Under the pieces are notes generated by a model that was not told the DNA's origin, did no database searches, and saw only the letters and a list, made by a program, of their open reading frames with translations. Position numbers and translations under genes: made by a program. From Acidobacteriota bacterium (lineage in GTDB: Bacteria > Actinomycetota > Acidimicrobiia > Acidimicrobiales > RAAP-2), in assembly GCA_018971385.1 (NCBI GenBank), contig JAGXAY010000001.1, positions 34,822-98,821 on the forward strand: 64,000 nt of DNA, written 5' to 3'. Shown one piece after another: positions 11,951-21,077 of this stretch. The first letter of the stretch is position 1, and every line of letters starts with the position of its first letter.

Positions 11951-12853
11951 GTGCAACCACCTCTCGCGCGCCTTCGCGGAACGGTCGGCCTCTGGTCCAG
12001 CGCTCACGAGGACGTTCCGCCGGCGGCAGCCCCCCTCCTCGTACGAGAGGCTGAAGCCCTCGGCTACCAGGCCTACTGGTTTCCCGAGTCGTGGTTTCGC
12101 GAGTCCTTGACGAGCGCCACGATGCTGCTCGGGGGAACCTCGGGCCTCACCATCGCCACCGGGATTACCAGTATTTGGGGTCGAGACGCGGTGAGCGCGC
12201 TCAGTGCCGCGCGCACCCTCAACGCCGCCTACGGGGACCGATTCGTTCTCGGACTCGGCGTGAGTCACTCCCCTCTCGTCGAACGCCTCCGCGCCCAGCA
12301 CTACGAGAAGCCCTACGACCGCATGAGGGCCTACCTCGACCACATGGACGAGGCGAAAAGTCTCTCGCCCGAAGCGGATCATCCCTATACCCGGGTCATC
12401 GCGGCGCTCGGGCCCCGCATGCTCGAGCTCGCCGCCACTCGCGCCGACGGGGCTCACACCTATCTCGTTGACCCCCGCCACACCGAGGAAGCGCGCTCTC
12501 GGCTCGGTGGCGCCTTTCTCGCCGTCGAACAGGCGGTGGTCGTGACGCCCTCCCGAGAAGAGTTTCTCGAACGGGCCCACCGTCATCTCGAGTTCTACAC
12601 CGGTCTCGAGAACTATCGCGCGAACTGGCGCCGCCTCGGCTTTAGCGAGGAGGACTTCGTTCGGGGTGGTTCGGAACGACTCTGCGACGCCCTGGTCGTC
12701 CACGAAGACGGTGACGGAGGCGCCCTCGCCGAGCGCACGGCCGACCATCGGGCCGCGGGCGCCGACCACGTCTGCCTCCAGGTTCTCTACGCCCCCGGAA
12801 AGAGCCCGGTCGAGGACTGGCGACGCTGCGCCGAACTACTCGCCCTGCGCTAG
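11951..12853 (+). CDS. LLM-class, probably F420-dependent, oxidoreductase (TIGR03620-like)
   Basis: ATGITSIWGRD, RFVLGLGVSH, AALGPRMLELA..RADGAH and AGADHVCLQV motifs. Likely start GTG 11951. Confidence 0.88.
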   Translation: MQPPLARLRGTVGLWSSAHEDVPPAAAPLLVREAEALGYQAYWFPESWFRESLTSATMLLGGTSGLTIATGITSIWGRDAVSALSAARTLNAAYGDRFVLGLGVSHSPLVERLRAQHYEKPYDRMRAYLDHMDEAKSLSPEADHPYTRVIAALGPRMLELAATRADGAHTYLVDPRHTEEARSRLGGAFLAVEQAVVVTPSREEFLERAHRHLEFYTGLENYRANWRRLGFSEEDFVRGGSERLCDALVVHEDGDGGALAERTADHRAAGADHVCLQVLYAPGKSPVEDWRRCAELLALR

Positions 12854-13281
12854 CGCGGCGGAATCACGGTGACCGGTGGTTCACCAGAGCCACCACGAAT
12901 CACCCGCACGCTGAGCGCGATGAGACCGATCCAAGCGATTTCGAGGGCGCTCAGTAGTATCCAACCCACCGTGATGAGAACCGCGCCCACGACGAGGCCC
13001 GAGAGAAGTCCGTGGCGCACCATGGCGGCAATCCACAAGGGCAGCCAGGCGATCGTCCAATTGAGTACGGGCGCGAGAAAGACGGCCCCGACCCGGCGAC
13101 GCCACCCGAGATAGGCGCCGAGCAGGGCTCCGAGCAGAGCGCCCTCGAGGAGAGAACTGGCGGACTGACCGGCCCGCAACTCCCAGGACACCTCGACCAC
13201 GGTCATCACCACCGCCCAGGCGATCATGACGGCGTTGACGTGGCCCCGAGCGCGCTGTCGCCACTCCAGAATTACGGTCAC
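12850..13281 (-). CDS. Small hypothetical membrane protein (about 4 TM)
   Basis: Hydrophobic ORF filling the gap between flanking genes; no family recognised. Confidence 0.6.
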   Translation of the reverse strand: MTVILEWRQRARGHVNAVMIAWAVVMTVVEVSWELRAGQSASSLLEGALLGALLGAYLGWRRRVGAVFLAPVLNWTIAWLPLWIAAMVRHGLLSGLVVGAVLITVGWILLSALEIAWIGLIALSVRVIRGGSGEPPVTVIPPR

Positions 13282-13338
13282 GGAGGTACCCTACCAATCC
13301 GGTTTCGACAGACGCCCCTCTCCCGGTACGCTCGCGCT

Positions 13339-14343
13339 ATGGCTTTTGGCGTCCTCGCGTTACTCGGCTCGGGTGAGACCGGCCCCGGCATGACCAAGGT
13401 GCACCGGGCGTTGCTCGAGCGCGCCCCCTCCGACCTCGCGGTGAACCTCAACACTCCCTACGGTTTCCAGGAAAACGTGCCGCAGATGACGGAGAAACTG
13501 CAGGAGTACTTCCGCGTGTCGCTGCGTACCGAACTACGCGACGGCGCTCTCGCCCACTTCGAGTCCGCGAGTGACGAGGACCGTCAGCGGTTCCGCCACC
13601 TCGTTCGCGAGGCGGGCTACGTCTTCGCGGGACCCGGATCCCCCTCGTACGCACTGCGTCAGTGGCAACCCTTGGGGGTTGTGGACGACCTCCTTTCCGT
13701 CCTCGCGAAGGACGGGGTGGTGTGCTTTTCCTCGGCCGCCGCTCTCACCCTCGGTACTCACACCGCCCCCATCTACGAGATCTACAAAGTGGGTTCGGAC
13801 CTGCGCTGGCTCGAGGGTCTCGGCCTCACGGCCCGCCTCGGCCTTTCGTGCGTGGTCGTCCCCCACTACAACAACGCCGAGGGGGGCAACTACGACACGT
13901 CCCGTTGCTACCTCGGTGAGCGGCGCTTGCGCCTGCTCGAAGAGCACCTCGAACCGGGCACCCCGATCCTCGGCGTCGACGAACACACGGCCTGCGTCAT
14001 TGACTGGCGCGAGGGAACTTTAAGTGTCTCGGGCAAGGGTCAGGTGCACTGGCGTCGAGACGGAGGTGACAACGTCTTCTCCTCCGGAGAGGTCGTTCCC
14101 CTGTCGGAGTTGGGCGCCCGGACGACTCCTCTGCCCGAGGTGGCGGATCTCGCCCCCGTCGCCCCCAGCGTGGACGCCGCTGAGGTCACTCAGTTGCGCC
14201 AGAGCCGTGACGACCTCGTCGCCCTCCTCGATGAGTTACGGCGCCACGCTCGCGAGAGTAAGGACTTTGCGACCGCCGACCGCATTCGCGACGCTCTCGT
14301 GAAGTCGGGTGTCGACGTTCGCGACGGCGCTCTTAAGTCCTAG
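13339..14343 (+). CDS. Peptidase S51/cyanophycinase-like (class I GAT fold) protein with a C-terminal CysRS-like domain
   Basis: LLGSGET, VFAGPGSPSY, CFSSAAA, VVPHYNN and GVDEHTA motifs. Tail ELRRHARESKDFATADRIRDALVKSGVDVRD resembles the CysS C-terminus. Likely start ATG 13339. Confidence 0.75.
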   Translation: MAFGVLALLGSGETGPGMTKVHRALLERAPSDLAVNLNTPYGFQENVPQMTEKLQEYFRVSLRTELRDGALAHFESASDEDRQRFRHLVREAGYVFAGPGSPSYALRQWQPLGVVDDLLSVLAKDGVVCFSSAAALTLGTHTAPIYEIYKVGSDLRWLEGLGLTARLGLSCVVVPHYNNAEGGNYDTSRCYLGERRLRLLEEHLEPGTPILGVDEHTACVIDWREGTLSVSGKGQVHWRRDGGDNVFSSGEVVPLSELGARTTPLPEVADLAPVAPSVDAAEVTQLRQSRDDLVALLDELRRHARESKDFATADRIRDALVKSGVDVRDGALKS

Positions 14344-15440
14344 GACGACACCGCGCAACGATTCGGTCCGAGCTCTAGTTCCGCGACGTCGGCCGACAAC
14401 TCCTCGAGTCCTGCGTTCACCCGAACGATTCGCTGGTAGTTCGGGGGACGATCCTTCACGTGGGTGAGGGCCCAGGCGACGAACTCTTCCTCCTCGAGGC
14501 TCAGGGCCGCGAGAGAGTGGCGTAACTCGCCGAGGGGCGCGGCGACGGGGGTGCCAACGTGCACGTCCACGACCGGACCGTAGTGGGCGGGAAAGACGAT
14601 GGTGTCGTCGGACAGCGGAAGAATCCGCTCGTGCAAACTACGAAAAAGAGCTCGGGCGAAAGGCTCGGCCTGCTCGGCGAGGTCGGGTCGACCCACGGAT
14701 TCGAGAAAGAGAGTGTCTCCGCTAAATACCGCCGCCTCCCCGAGGCGGTACATCGTCGACCCCTCCGTGTGTCCCGGCACCGACACCGCCGACACCACGA
14801 GGGAAACACCGTCCGTGAGCGATAGTTCTAGGCCGTCCTCGAGGGAGTGAAAGCCAAACGAGAACGGGTCGTGGGGGCTCAGCCAGAGTTCCGCCCCCGT
14901 TAGTTCGACCAGACGCCGCGAACCGGACAGGTGATCCGCGTGAAGGTGGGTGTCCACTACGTAAGCGACGGACCACCCGTGCTCTGCGGCCAGCGAGCGG
15001 TAGATCTCGACCTCGAGAGACGGATCGATGACAACGGCCCGGTCGCCGGCCCCGATGACGTAGGAGAGGCAACCCTTGCCTCGCCGACGCACCTGCACCA
15101 CCGTCGCCCCCGCGACGACTGAGTCCACGGTGTCGTACGCATCAGCCCAGGCCGCCATGCCACCGTCCAAGACCGCGCTCGCTCGTCCCCGCTCGGCCAG
15201 CAGACGCGCGGCGTTCTCTGCTCGAGAACCGCGAGCACACACCACTACGACTCGACTCGACTCGGGAATCTCGTTGAATCGGTCGCCGAGTTGGCCGAGC
15301 GGGATGTTTCTCGCACCCGGAATACTCCAGTCTTCGACTTCGTCGGGTTCGCGCACGTCGAGCACGAACACCTCCGGATCGGCATCGAGTAACTCCACCA
15401 CAGTGGATGCCGTCACGGTCGTTACGAGGTCGCTGGACAC
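14340..15440 (-). CDS. Rhodanese-MBL-fold fusion (sulfurtransferase/persulfide dioxygenase-like)
   Basis: N-terminal rhodanese (LDVREPDE, CARGSR). C-terminal metallo-beta-lactamase fold (THLHADHLSG, PGHT, FSGDTLF..VGRPDL, PAH). Confidence 0.9.
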   Translation of the reverse strand: MSSDLVTTVTASTVVELLDADPEVFVLDVREPDEVEDWSIPGARNIPLGQLGDRFNEIPESSRVVVVCARGSRAENAARLLAERGRASAVLDGGMAAWADAYDTVDSVVAGATVVQVRRRGKGCLSYVIGAGDRAVVIDPSLEVEIYRSLAAEHGWSVAYVVDTHLHADHLSGSRRLVELTGAELWLSPHDPFSFGFHSLEDGLELSLTDGVSLVVSAVSVPGHTEGSTMYRLGEAAVFSGDTLFLESVGRPDLAEQAEPFARALFRSLHERILPLSDDTIVFPAHYGPVVDVHVGTPVAAPLGELRHSLAALSLEEEEFVAWALTHVKDRPPNYQRIVRVNAGLEELSADVAELELGPNRCAVSS

Positions 15441-15462
15441 GCCCCGAGTTTAGGTCGCTCCC

Positions 15463-18400
15463 CTATCCGGCGAGGAGGAAACTCCGCGTCACCGTCGCGC
15501 GACCGAGCCGATTGGACGCCGTCCACGTCACCACAACTCGCCTCGTCGACGGCGTGAGGGCGACGACACACTGAGTGCCGCGGACGACGCACGAGCCGCG
15601 CGAGGGCGTGACCTCGACTCGGTAGGTCGGAGTCGGAAACCCTGGCGCGGGGCGCCACCTGAGGGTGAACTGGTTCCCTCGTCTCTCGGCGCGAAGATCC
15701 ACGTTGGCGATACCGGGAGCGGCCTCGGCCCGAACGACCACCGACCGTTGGCCCGTCGTCGTTCCCACCGAGTTAATAGCCGACACAGTGAAGGAGTACC
15801 GAACTCCGGGTCGAAGCGAGTTCACGGTGCACGACGTGGCCCGGGTCGAACAGACTTGAGTCCCCGAACGCGTGCGCACGACGAAGCGGGTCACTCTCGG
15901 CACCGAGGGTCCCGTTCGCCACGAGATGACGAGGCGAGGCCAGTGGGGCGTCAGCGTCGGCATCGAGGGTCGCCAGGGGTCACCCTGGGCGAGAACGACG
16001 TTCGACGAGGCGGACGGGGCCGAAGCACCGGGAACCCCCGTCACGGTCGTAGTGACGACGAAGTGGTACCGAACTCCCGGCGTCAGTCCGGTGACGGCAC
16101 AGGTCGTGGACTTGGTCACACAGGTCACCGAACCCGGCACGGCCGTGACCACGTACCCGCTCGCTCCGGGATACGCCGTGACTTTGTTCCAGGACACGAG
16201 CACCCGAGCACCCGCGACTTTGGCAACAACGTTCGTGGGGGTGGCCGGTTCGATGACCGGAGTAAAACTCCCGGTCAGAGGGGCCGAGGATCCGCCGGGC
16301 GTTTGCGCCACCACCGTCGCGCTGTAGGCCGTGGTATTCGAGAGTCCGGTGATCACGCAACTGGTCAGCGTGGTGACGCAGGACGCACCGTTGGACAACG
16401 TCACGACGTAGGTGGGAGCGACGCCCCCCGAGGTACCGGCCACCCAACTCAGAGCCACTCCCCCGGGCTCGGGAACGACGCCGAGCGACGAGGGGCTACC
16501 CGGCACGGCGAGGGGGGTCGTGACGATGCTCGGCAGACTGGCGGGTCCTTGTCCCGCCGCGTTGAACCCACTGACCTGAAAACGGTAGGACTGACCGTCC
16601 GTCAAACCGCTCACTACGCAACTGGTCGCCGGGGCGTTCGCCGTGCAGCCCATCCCCGTCGCCCGGTCCACGACGAGAAAGCTCGAGGCCGGTGCCACCC
16701 CGGCGGGTGGGGTCGCCGGGATCCAACTCACCGTCGCCCCTCCGTCACTGGGCGTCACGCTGACCAGACCCGGTGCCGGGGGCTGGTAGCCGTCGAGAAA
16801 GGAGGCGGAAAGTCCGGAACCGTCATTCGCCAGAGCAACCCGCACTCCGTACGACCCGGGAGGAATCACCCAGCCGGGCGACCACTCCTCCATGGCGCTC
16901 TCGGGAATCGTGATCGTCACGACCTGGGACTGGCCCGGTGATAGGGAGACCGAGGTCACACCGGCGACTTGATTGGCCGGCTCCCCCGTCGAACTCGGTG
17001 GCGTGAGGTACACCTGCGGTGAGACTCGTCCGGCGACTCCCCCGGTGTTGGTGACCGTGACCGAAACCGCGACGGATCCGTCGCTCTGGAGAGCCGCACT
17101 CACTCCCGACAACTGGAACGTCGTGTAGCTCAGTCCGAAGCCCCAAGGAAACAGCGGAGTGACTCCGTTCGCCGCGTACCAGGAAGCGCCCACGGCCAGG
17201 CCACCGAGGGCGTTCAAGTCGGCGGTCACCGGCTCCTGGGGCCACGTCACGAAGGGCACCATGGGGGCGTGCGCGTCGGACGGGGGGAACGTCACCGGCA
17301 GGTGGCCGGAGAAGTTCGTCACTCCCGTGAGGAGGGCCCCGAGAGCGTCTCCGCCCTCCTCCCCCGAGTACCAGGCCTCCACGACTCCCGCGACCGAGGA
17401 GAGCCACGGCATCAGCACCGGACCCCCAGTGTGAAGAACCACCACCGTTCGGGGGTTCTCCGCGGCCACCGCCTCGACGAGTTGGTTCTGGTACCCCGGA
17501 AGATTGAGCGTCGTCAAGTCCTGCCCCTCGCCCGAGAGCGTTCCGACATCCACCAGAGAGACCCGGCCCGCCGCGGCGTCCGACCGGGCGAGAGTCGTCA
17601 TCTGGGCGAGGTAGGAGTCAAGGACGGCCGCCCCGACAACTGGTGTCGGACCGGTCGAGTTCCACACGAGGGTGTAGGTCTGGGGGACATTAGAGAAGGC
17701 CGGCGGGACGGTGAACTCGTTCGTCGTTCCCGGTCCCGCGAACTGCTCCAGTAGCGGGGTGTTATTGGCGCTAAAGAGTCCGACCTCGGCCGAACTGCGA
17801 ACGGTCACGTCGACCGTCGTTCCCGTCGGTAACTGCAGCGACGCCTCGGTATAGCCCGGGAGGGTCGGGTCGGGTTGGAGATTCGTCAAGGGCACGTTCA
17901 CGAGGGGTGGAGGGGAGTACGCCCCCTGAATGGACGTGACGTTTCCTACTCCGAGGGGCGAGTTCTGAAGGCCCGTGAGATCACTCACCATGGTCGGAGT
18001 ATTCATAATCTGGGCGCTACCCACCCCCTGGAGCCACGCCGTTGACGACGCGTTGCCGTACACCGAGACGGGTAGTGACGTCGAGAGAGGGAGGACGTTC
18101 CCGCTGTTCTTTAGGAGCACCATGGACTCTTCGGCCGTGGTGAGTGCCACTTGACGGGCAGACGCGGTGTCGACGGGGACGTTGTTCGTTGCCGTGATGG
18201 GCTGTTGTATGAGGTTGTTGGCGAACATCATGGTGAGAACATCACTCACGGCTCGATTGAGGACCGAAGGGTCGAGAGCCCCCGAGGCGACCGCCGCCGT
18301 CACGGCACTCGGATCGTAGGTCTTGATGAGATCGACACCAGACTGCAGCGCCGTGACTTCTTGACTGGTGGTGACCGCTTGAAAGTCGGTCCTAATGAAT

Positions 18401-19200
18401 CCGGAGAACCCGAGGTTCTGGGCCGCACTCGACAACAGGGCCGAGTTAGCACAGGTGGTGACACCGTTCGTCTGCCCGTACGCGCACATAAGGGCCGCGG
18501 CGCCCGCCCTGGTCGCGGCTTCGAAGGGACGAAGATAGACCTCGTAGAGGGGACGATCACTCACACTCATGTTGACGTTGTGACGGTTGGACTCCTGCAC
18601 GTATACCCCGAAGTGCTTAGGTTCTACGGCCACGCCCGCCGAACGCAGACCCTGAATCAACGATTGGCCCATCAGAGTGGTGAGTCCAGGAGCGTCGGAG
18701 AAGTTTTCAAAACTACGACCCCAGTTGGAGTAGACGATCACGTTGAGTTCCGGTGTCTGGGACATCGCGATGCCTTCGGTGCGAAGCTCTTGTCCGAGGG
18801 CGGCCCCGAGTTGAGTCACGACCCCGGGATCAAAAGTGGCCGCCTGGGCAATCGGTGCGGGAAAGACCGTGACCGGCGCTGAGCCGCTAACAATACCGGC
18901 CGGTCCGTCACTCAAACTGAGTGACGGGATGCACAACGATGGTATGGCCGTCGTCTCGTTCTGCACCGGACCCACATTTTGAAGATTGATAGCGGCAATC
19001 TTTTGAGCAGTAGTCATCTGGGCGATGACCTCACTCGCCAGCTCGGCCGGCGGCGCCACTTGAGTGACCCAGGGGCACGTCGTCGCCACGTGAGCACTCG
19101 CGCCAGCCGGTCCGCCGTGACTAAGGGTGATGAGTGCCGCGGCCACCACCACGGCCCCGAGACTGGGGCGTACGAATTTCACGCGGTGACCTACCTTCAC
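15463..19200 (-). CDS. Secreted GH3 beta-glycosidase with tandem C-terminal fibronectin type III repeats
   Basis: Signal peptide; LSDGPAG, GRSFENF, PKHFGVY, GFIRTDF (nucleophile Asp), MVLLKN and PLFPWGFGLSYTTF; then four full FN3 repeats plus a degenerate fifth. Confidence 0.9.
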   Translation of the reverse strand: MKVGHRVKFVRPSLGAVVVAAALITLSHGGPAGASAHVATTCPWVTQVAPPAELASEVIAQMTTAQKIAAINLQNVGPVQNETTAIPSLCIPSLSLSDGPAGIVSGSAPVTVFPAPIAQAATFDPGVVTQLGAALGQELRTEGIAMSQTPELNVIVYSNWGRSFENFSDAPGLTTLMGQSLIQGLRSAGVAVEPKHFGVYVQESNRHNVNMSVSDRPLYEVYLRPFEAATRAGAAALMCAYGQTNGVTTCANSALLSSAAQNLGFSGFIRTDFQAVTTSQEVTALQSGVDLIKTYDPSAVTAAVASGALDPSVLNRAVSDVLTMMFANNLIQQPITATNNVPVDTASARQVALTTAEESMVLLKNSGNVLPLSTSLPVSVYGNASSTAWLQGVGSAQIMNTPTMVSDLTGLQNSPLGVGNVTSIQGAYSPPPLVNVPLTNLQPDPTLPGYTEASLQLPTGTTVDVTVRSSAEVGLFSANNTPLLEQFAGPGTTNEFTVPPAFSNVPQTYTLVWNSTGPTPVVGAAVLDSYLAQMTTLARSDAAAGRVSLVDVGTLSGEGQDLTTLNLPGYQNQLVEAVAAENPRTVVVLHTGGPVLMPWLSSVAGVVEAWYSGEEGGDALGALLTGVTNFSGHLPVTFPPSDAHAPMVPFVTWPQEPVTADLNALGGLAVGASWYAANGVTPLFPWGFGLSYTTFQLSGVSAALQSDGSVAVSVTVTNTGGVAGRVSPQVYLTPPSSTGEPANQVAGVTSVSLSPGQSQVVTITIPESAMEEWSPGWVIPPGSYGVRVALANDGSGLSASFLDGYQPPAPGLVSVTPSDGGATVSWIPATPPAGVAPASSFLVVDRATGMGCTANAPATSCVVSGLTDGQSYRFQVSGFNAAGQGPASLPSIVTTPLAVPGSPSSLGVVPEPGGVALSWVAGTSGGVAPTYVVTLSNGASCVTTLTSCVITGLSNTTAYSATVVAQTPGGSSAPLTGSFTPVIEPATPTNVVAKVAGARVLVSWNKVTAYPGASGYVVTAVPGSVTCVTKSTTCAVTGLTPGVRYHFVVTTTVTGVPGASAPSASSNVVLAQGDPWRPSMPTLTPHWPRLVISWRTGPSVPRVTRFVVRTRSGTQVCSTRATSCTVNSLRPGVRYSFTVSAINSVGTTTGQRSVVVRAEAAPGIANVDLRAERRGNQFTLRWRPAPGFPTPTYRVEVTPSRGSCVVRGTQCVVALTPSTRRVVVTWTASNRLGRATVTRSFLLAG

Positions 19201-19502
19201 TTTCCGACAACTTCACGGTATCGAAGGTCTATGCCCACCCGGGCCGAGTTCTTTCTCTTTCGGATCAACTTTCACGTCGCTGACATACTCGTCAACTACT
19301 TACGCCTGCATCTAACACCACGGATTTACCCCGAACGCCGTTACCGTGTCGGGAATCCTCACGGATAAAGGACCTCGAACCCCACCGGAAGGGCGAAGGT
19401 CGTCGAATCCGCTATCGGAGTCCTAGCCACCATCCCGAGGTACAACGTCAGTTCCCGAGTCGGCCCAACCCTCGACAAGAACATCCAGCGAAGCACCGGT
19501 GG

Positions 19503-19755
19503 TTAAAGAGAAATCCACCTCGCACCTACGCGCGCGCAATGTAGGCCGTCACGCGACGCGACGGACCGTCCGCATTTCCTTCGAAGGTACGAATACCGCG
19601 TCGACGTCGGTGGTAGCCCGGCGGGCGTTTTGGGCCACTCCCATGGCGGCTCCGCCGACAACAAACAGGTCGGCTTCGACGCCCATGGCCCCCACCTCGT
19701 CAACTAACAACTCGAAGGAATTCAGCGGTTCATTCCGCCCGAGGAGGCTCATCAT
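19503..19755 (-). pseudogene. Frameshifted, truncated DUF6036-like nucleotidyltransferase
   Basis: LFVVGGAAM..ARRATTDVDAVF nucleotidyltransferase motif. Stops after 68 aa; the expected continuation VASRDGL is in another frame. Confidence 0.65.
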
Positions 19756-20177
19756 GCGTACGTCAACGCGCCCTGCGTCAGAAAGACGCCTCGTCGCTTA
19801 AAAGAGATCGGGCTGTGCACAATGGCGTCAGTGTGAAGCGACTTCATCCCGGACACGAACCAGGACTCATCGAGGAAGAATTGGGGGTCGTTGACCCATA
19901 TGGGCGCGAGGACCCGCTGGGTCGCACAGGCGTAATCGACGATGCCCGCCAACATCGCGTCATAGCGCTCGCTGCCAGTGGAGTCAGGGCGAGGCGCAAC
20001 CAAGCGCTCGCGGTTCCGCCAGTCGGCCTTGTCGTAGAACTCAAGAAATCGGGCAATGAGGCGAAATGCTGAACTCGTATCACCCTTGACCAAACATTGG
20101 CCAACCTCGGTCGCCACCTCTTGAATATCGGGAGCCTGCCACATTTTTTTCTTATCGTACGACGAGCCACATAACAT
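19752..20177 (-). CDS. Partner of the DUF6036-like nucleotidyltransferase (putative antitoxin-like domain, HTH absent)
   Basis: PDSTGSERYDAMLAGIVDY, PIWV, WFV and SPISFKRRGVF match the pattern I recall for the partner gene of DUF6036 proteins; 4-bp overlap with the NTase start. Confidence 0.6.
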   Translation of the reverse strand: MLCGSSYDKKKMWQAPDIQEVATEVGQCLVKGDTSSAFRLIARFLEFYDKADWRNRERLVAPRPDSTGSERYDAMLAGIVDYACATQRVLAPIWVNDPQFFLDESWFVSGMKSLHTDAIVHSPISFKRRGVFLTQGALTYA

Positions 20178-20193
20178 TCCTGCGAAAACGCGA

Positions 20194-20269
20194 TGGCAGT
20201 CCCAACGGGATTCGAACCCGTGCCTCCACCTTGAGAGGGTGATGTCCTGGGCCTCTAGACGATGGGACC
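20194..20269 (-). tRNA. tRNA-Glu (anticodon CTC)
   Basis: 76 nt; acceptor GGTCCCA/TGGGACT, anticodon loop CTCTCAA, GGTTCGAATCC T-loop, encoded CCA. Confidence 0.97.
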
Positions 20270-20296
20270 TTAAGGGTAGGAAATCCTATCACTTCG

Positions 20297-20368
20297 CTCG
20301 GGGGCAAGGACTCGAACCCTGAATAACAGAACCAGAATCTGCTGTGTTGCCAATTACACCACCCCCGA
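20297..20368 (-). tRNA. tRNA-Gln (anticodon CTG)
   Basis: 72 nt; acceptor TCGGGGG/CCCCCGA, anticodon arm GCAGA-TTCTGGT-TCTGT, GGTTCGAGTCC T-loop; CCA not encoded. Confidence 0.96.
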
Positions 20369-20411
20369 AGGGCGTAGGTATCCTAACCGAGCTCGACGAC
20401 GAGACGCCAAC

Positions 20412-21077
20412 TCAGTTCGTTGGTCCGAGGAAGGGTAGCGTGACGTGGTGGCTCTGAGTCCACGAGGACAAACGACCGAATCCGACGAGTCGCCCGACCG
20501 CCACGTCGAGAGTCTCCTTGGCGTAAAAACGCCACAACCCGGGGCCGGAGGTCGCGGAGTTGCTCACCGGTACCGGATAGGGCACGAGACCCTGCGAGGA
20601 AGCAATCGCGCCAGCTCGGTACTCGTGAAAGGGGTCCGTCACCGTGAGGACGGTCCTGAGGTGGTGACTCTCGAGCGCGACCACGACGGAACTCACGTTC
20701 TGCCACGTGTCGTTTCCTCCACCAATGATGATCCGCGACGCCGGTACGCCGTGGGCCTCGAGGAAGCTCGCCGACACCCCCGCTTCCGTGAAGTGATCTC
20801 CGGGTCGGCTGCCTCCCGTGACAACGACCCAGGGCGCGCGACGTGCCTGGTACAGGGAGAGAGCGTCGAGGAGGCGGTCGCGCAGTTCCGTTGACGGAAC
20901 GCCGTTATCCTCCGCGGTACCAAAGACCAAGATGGCGTCCGCGTGGGCGCTGGAGTGGTCTCGCCCGGTCAGCCAGATCTGCGTGAAGGTGACCCCTCCG
21001 TAGAGAAACCCCAACCCGATCAAACTGCTCAGAATCCCGAGGACCCAGCGCAGCGGAGCGGTTAGGAGGCGGAACAC
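20412..21077 (-). CDS. YdcF/SanA/ElyC family (DUF218) protein
   Basis: N-terminal TM segment; ADAILVFG, VVTGG, TEAG, DTWQNV and VTDPFHEYRA motifs. Confidence 0.88.
   Translation of the reverse strand: MFRLLTAPLRWVLGILSSLIGLGFLYGGVTFTQIWLTGRDHSSAHADAILVFGTAEDNGVPSTELRDRLLDALSLYQARRAPWVVVTGGSRPGDHFTEAGVSASFLEAHGVPASRIIIGGGNDTWQNVSSVVVALESHHLRTVLTVTDPFHEYRAGAIASSQGLVPYPVPVSNSATSGPGLWRFYAKETLDVAVGRLVGFGRLSSWTQSHHVTLPFLGPTN

Noticed and set aside
19201-19500. Possible riboswitch or tRNA fragment upstream of the GH3 gene (GGTTCGAGG on the minus strand near 19372-19382)
   Set aside because: No cloverleaf, no match to the tRNA-Glu 3' end (so not an att site), and no ydaO or c-di-GMP consensus recognised.
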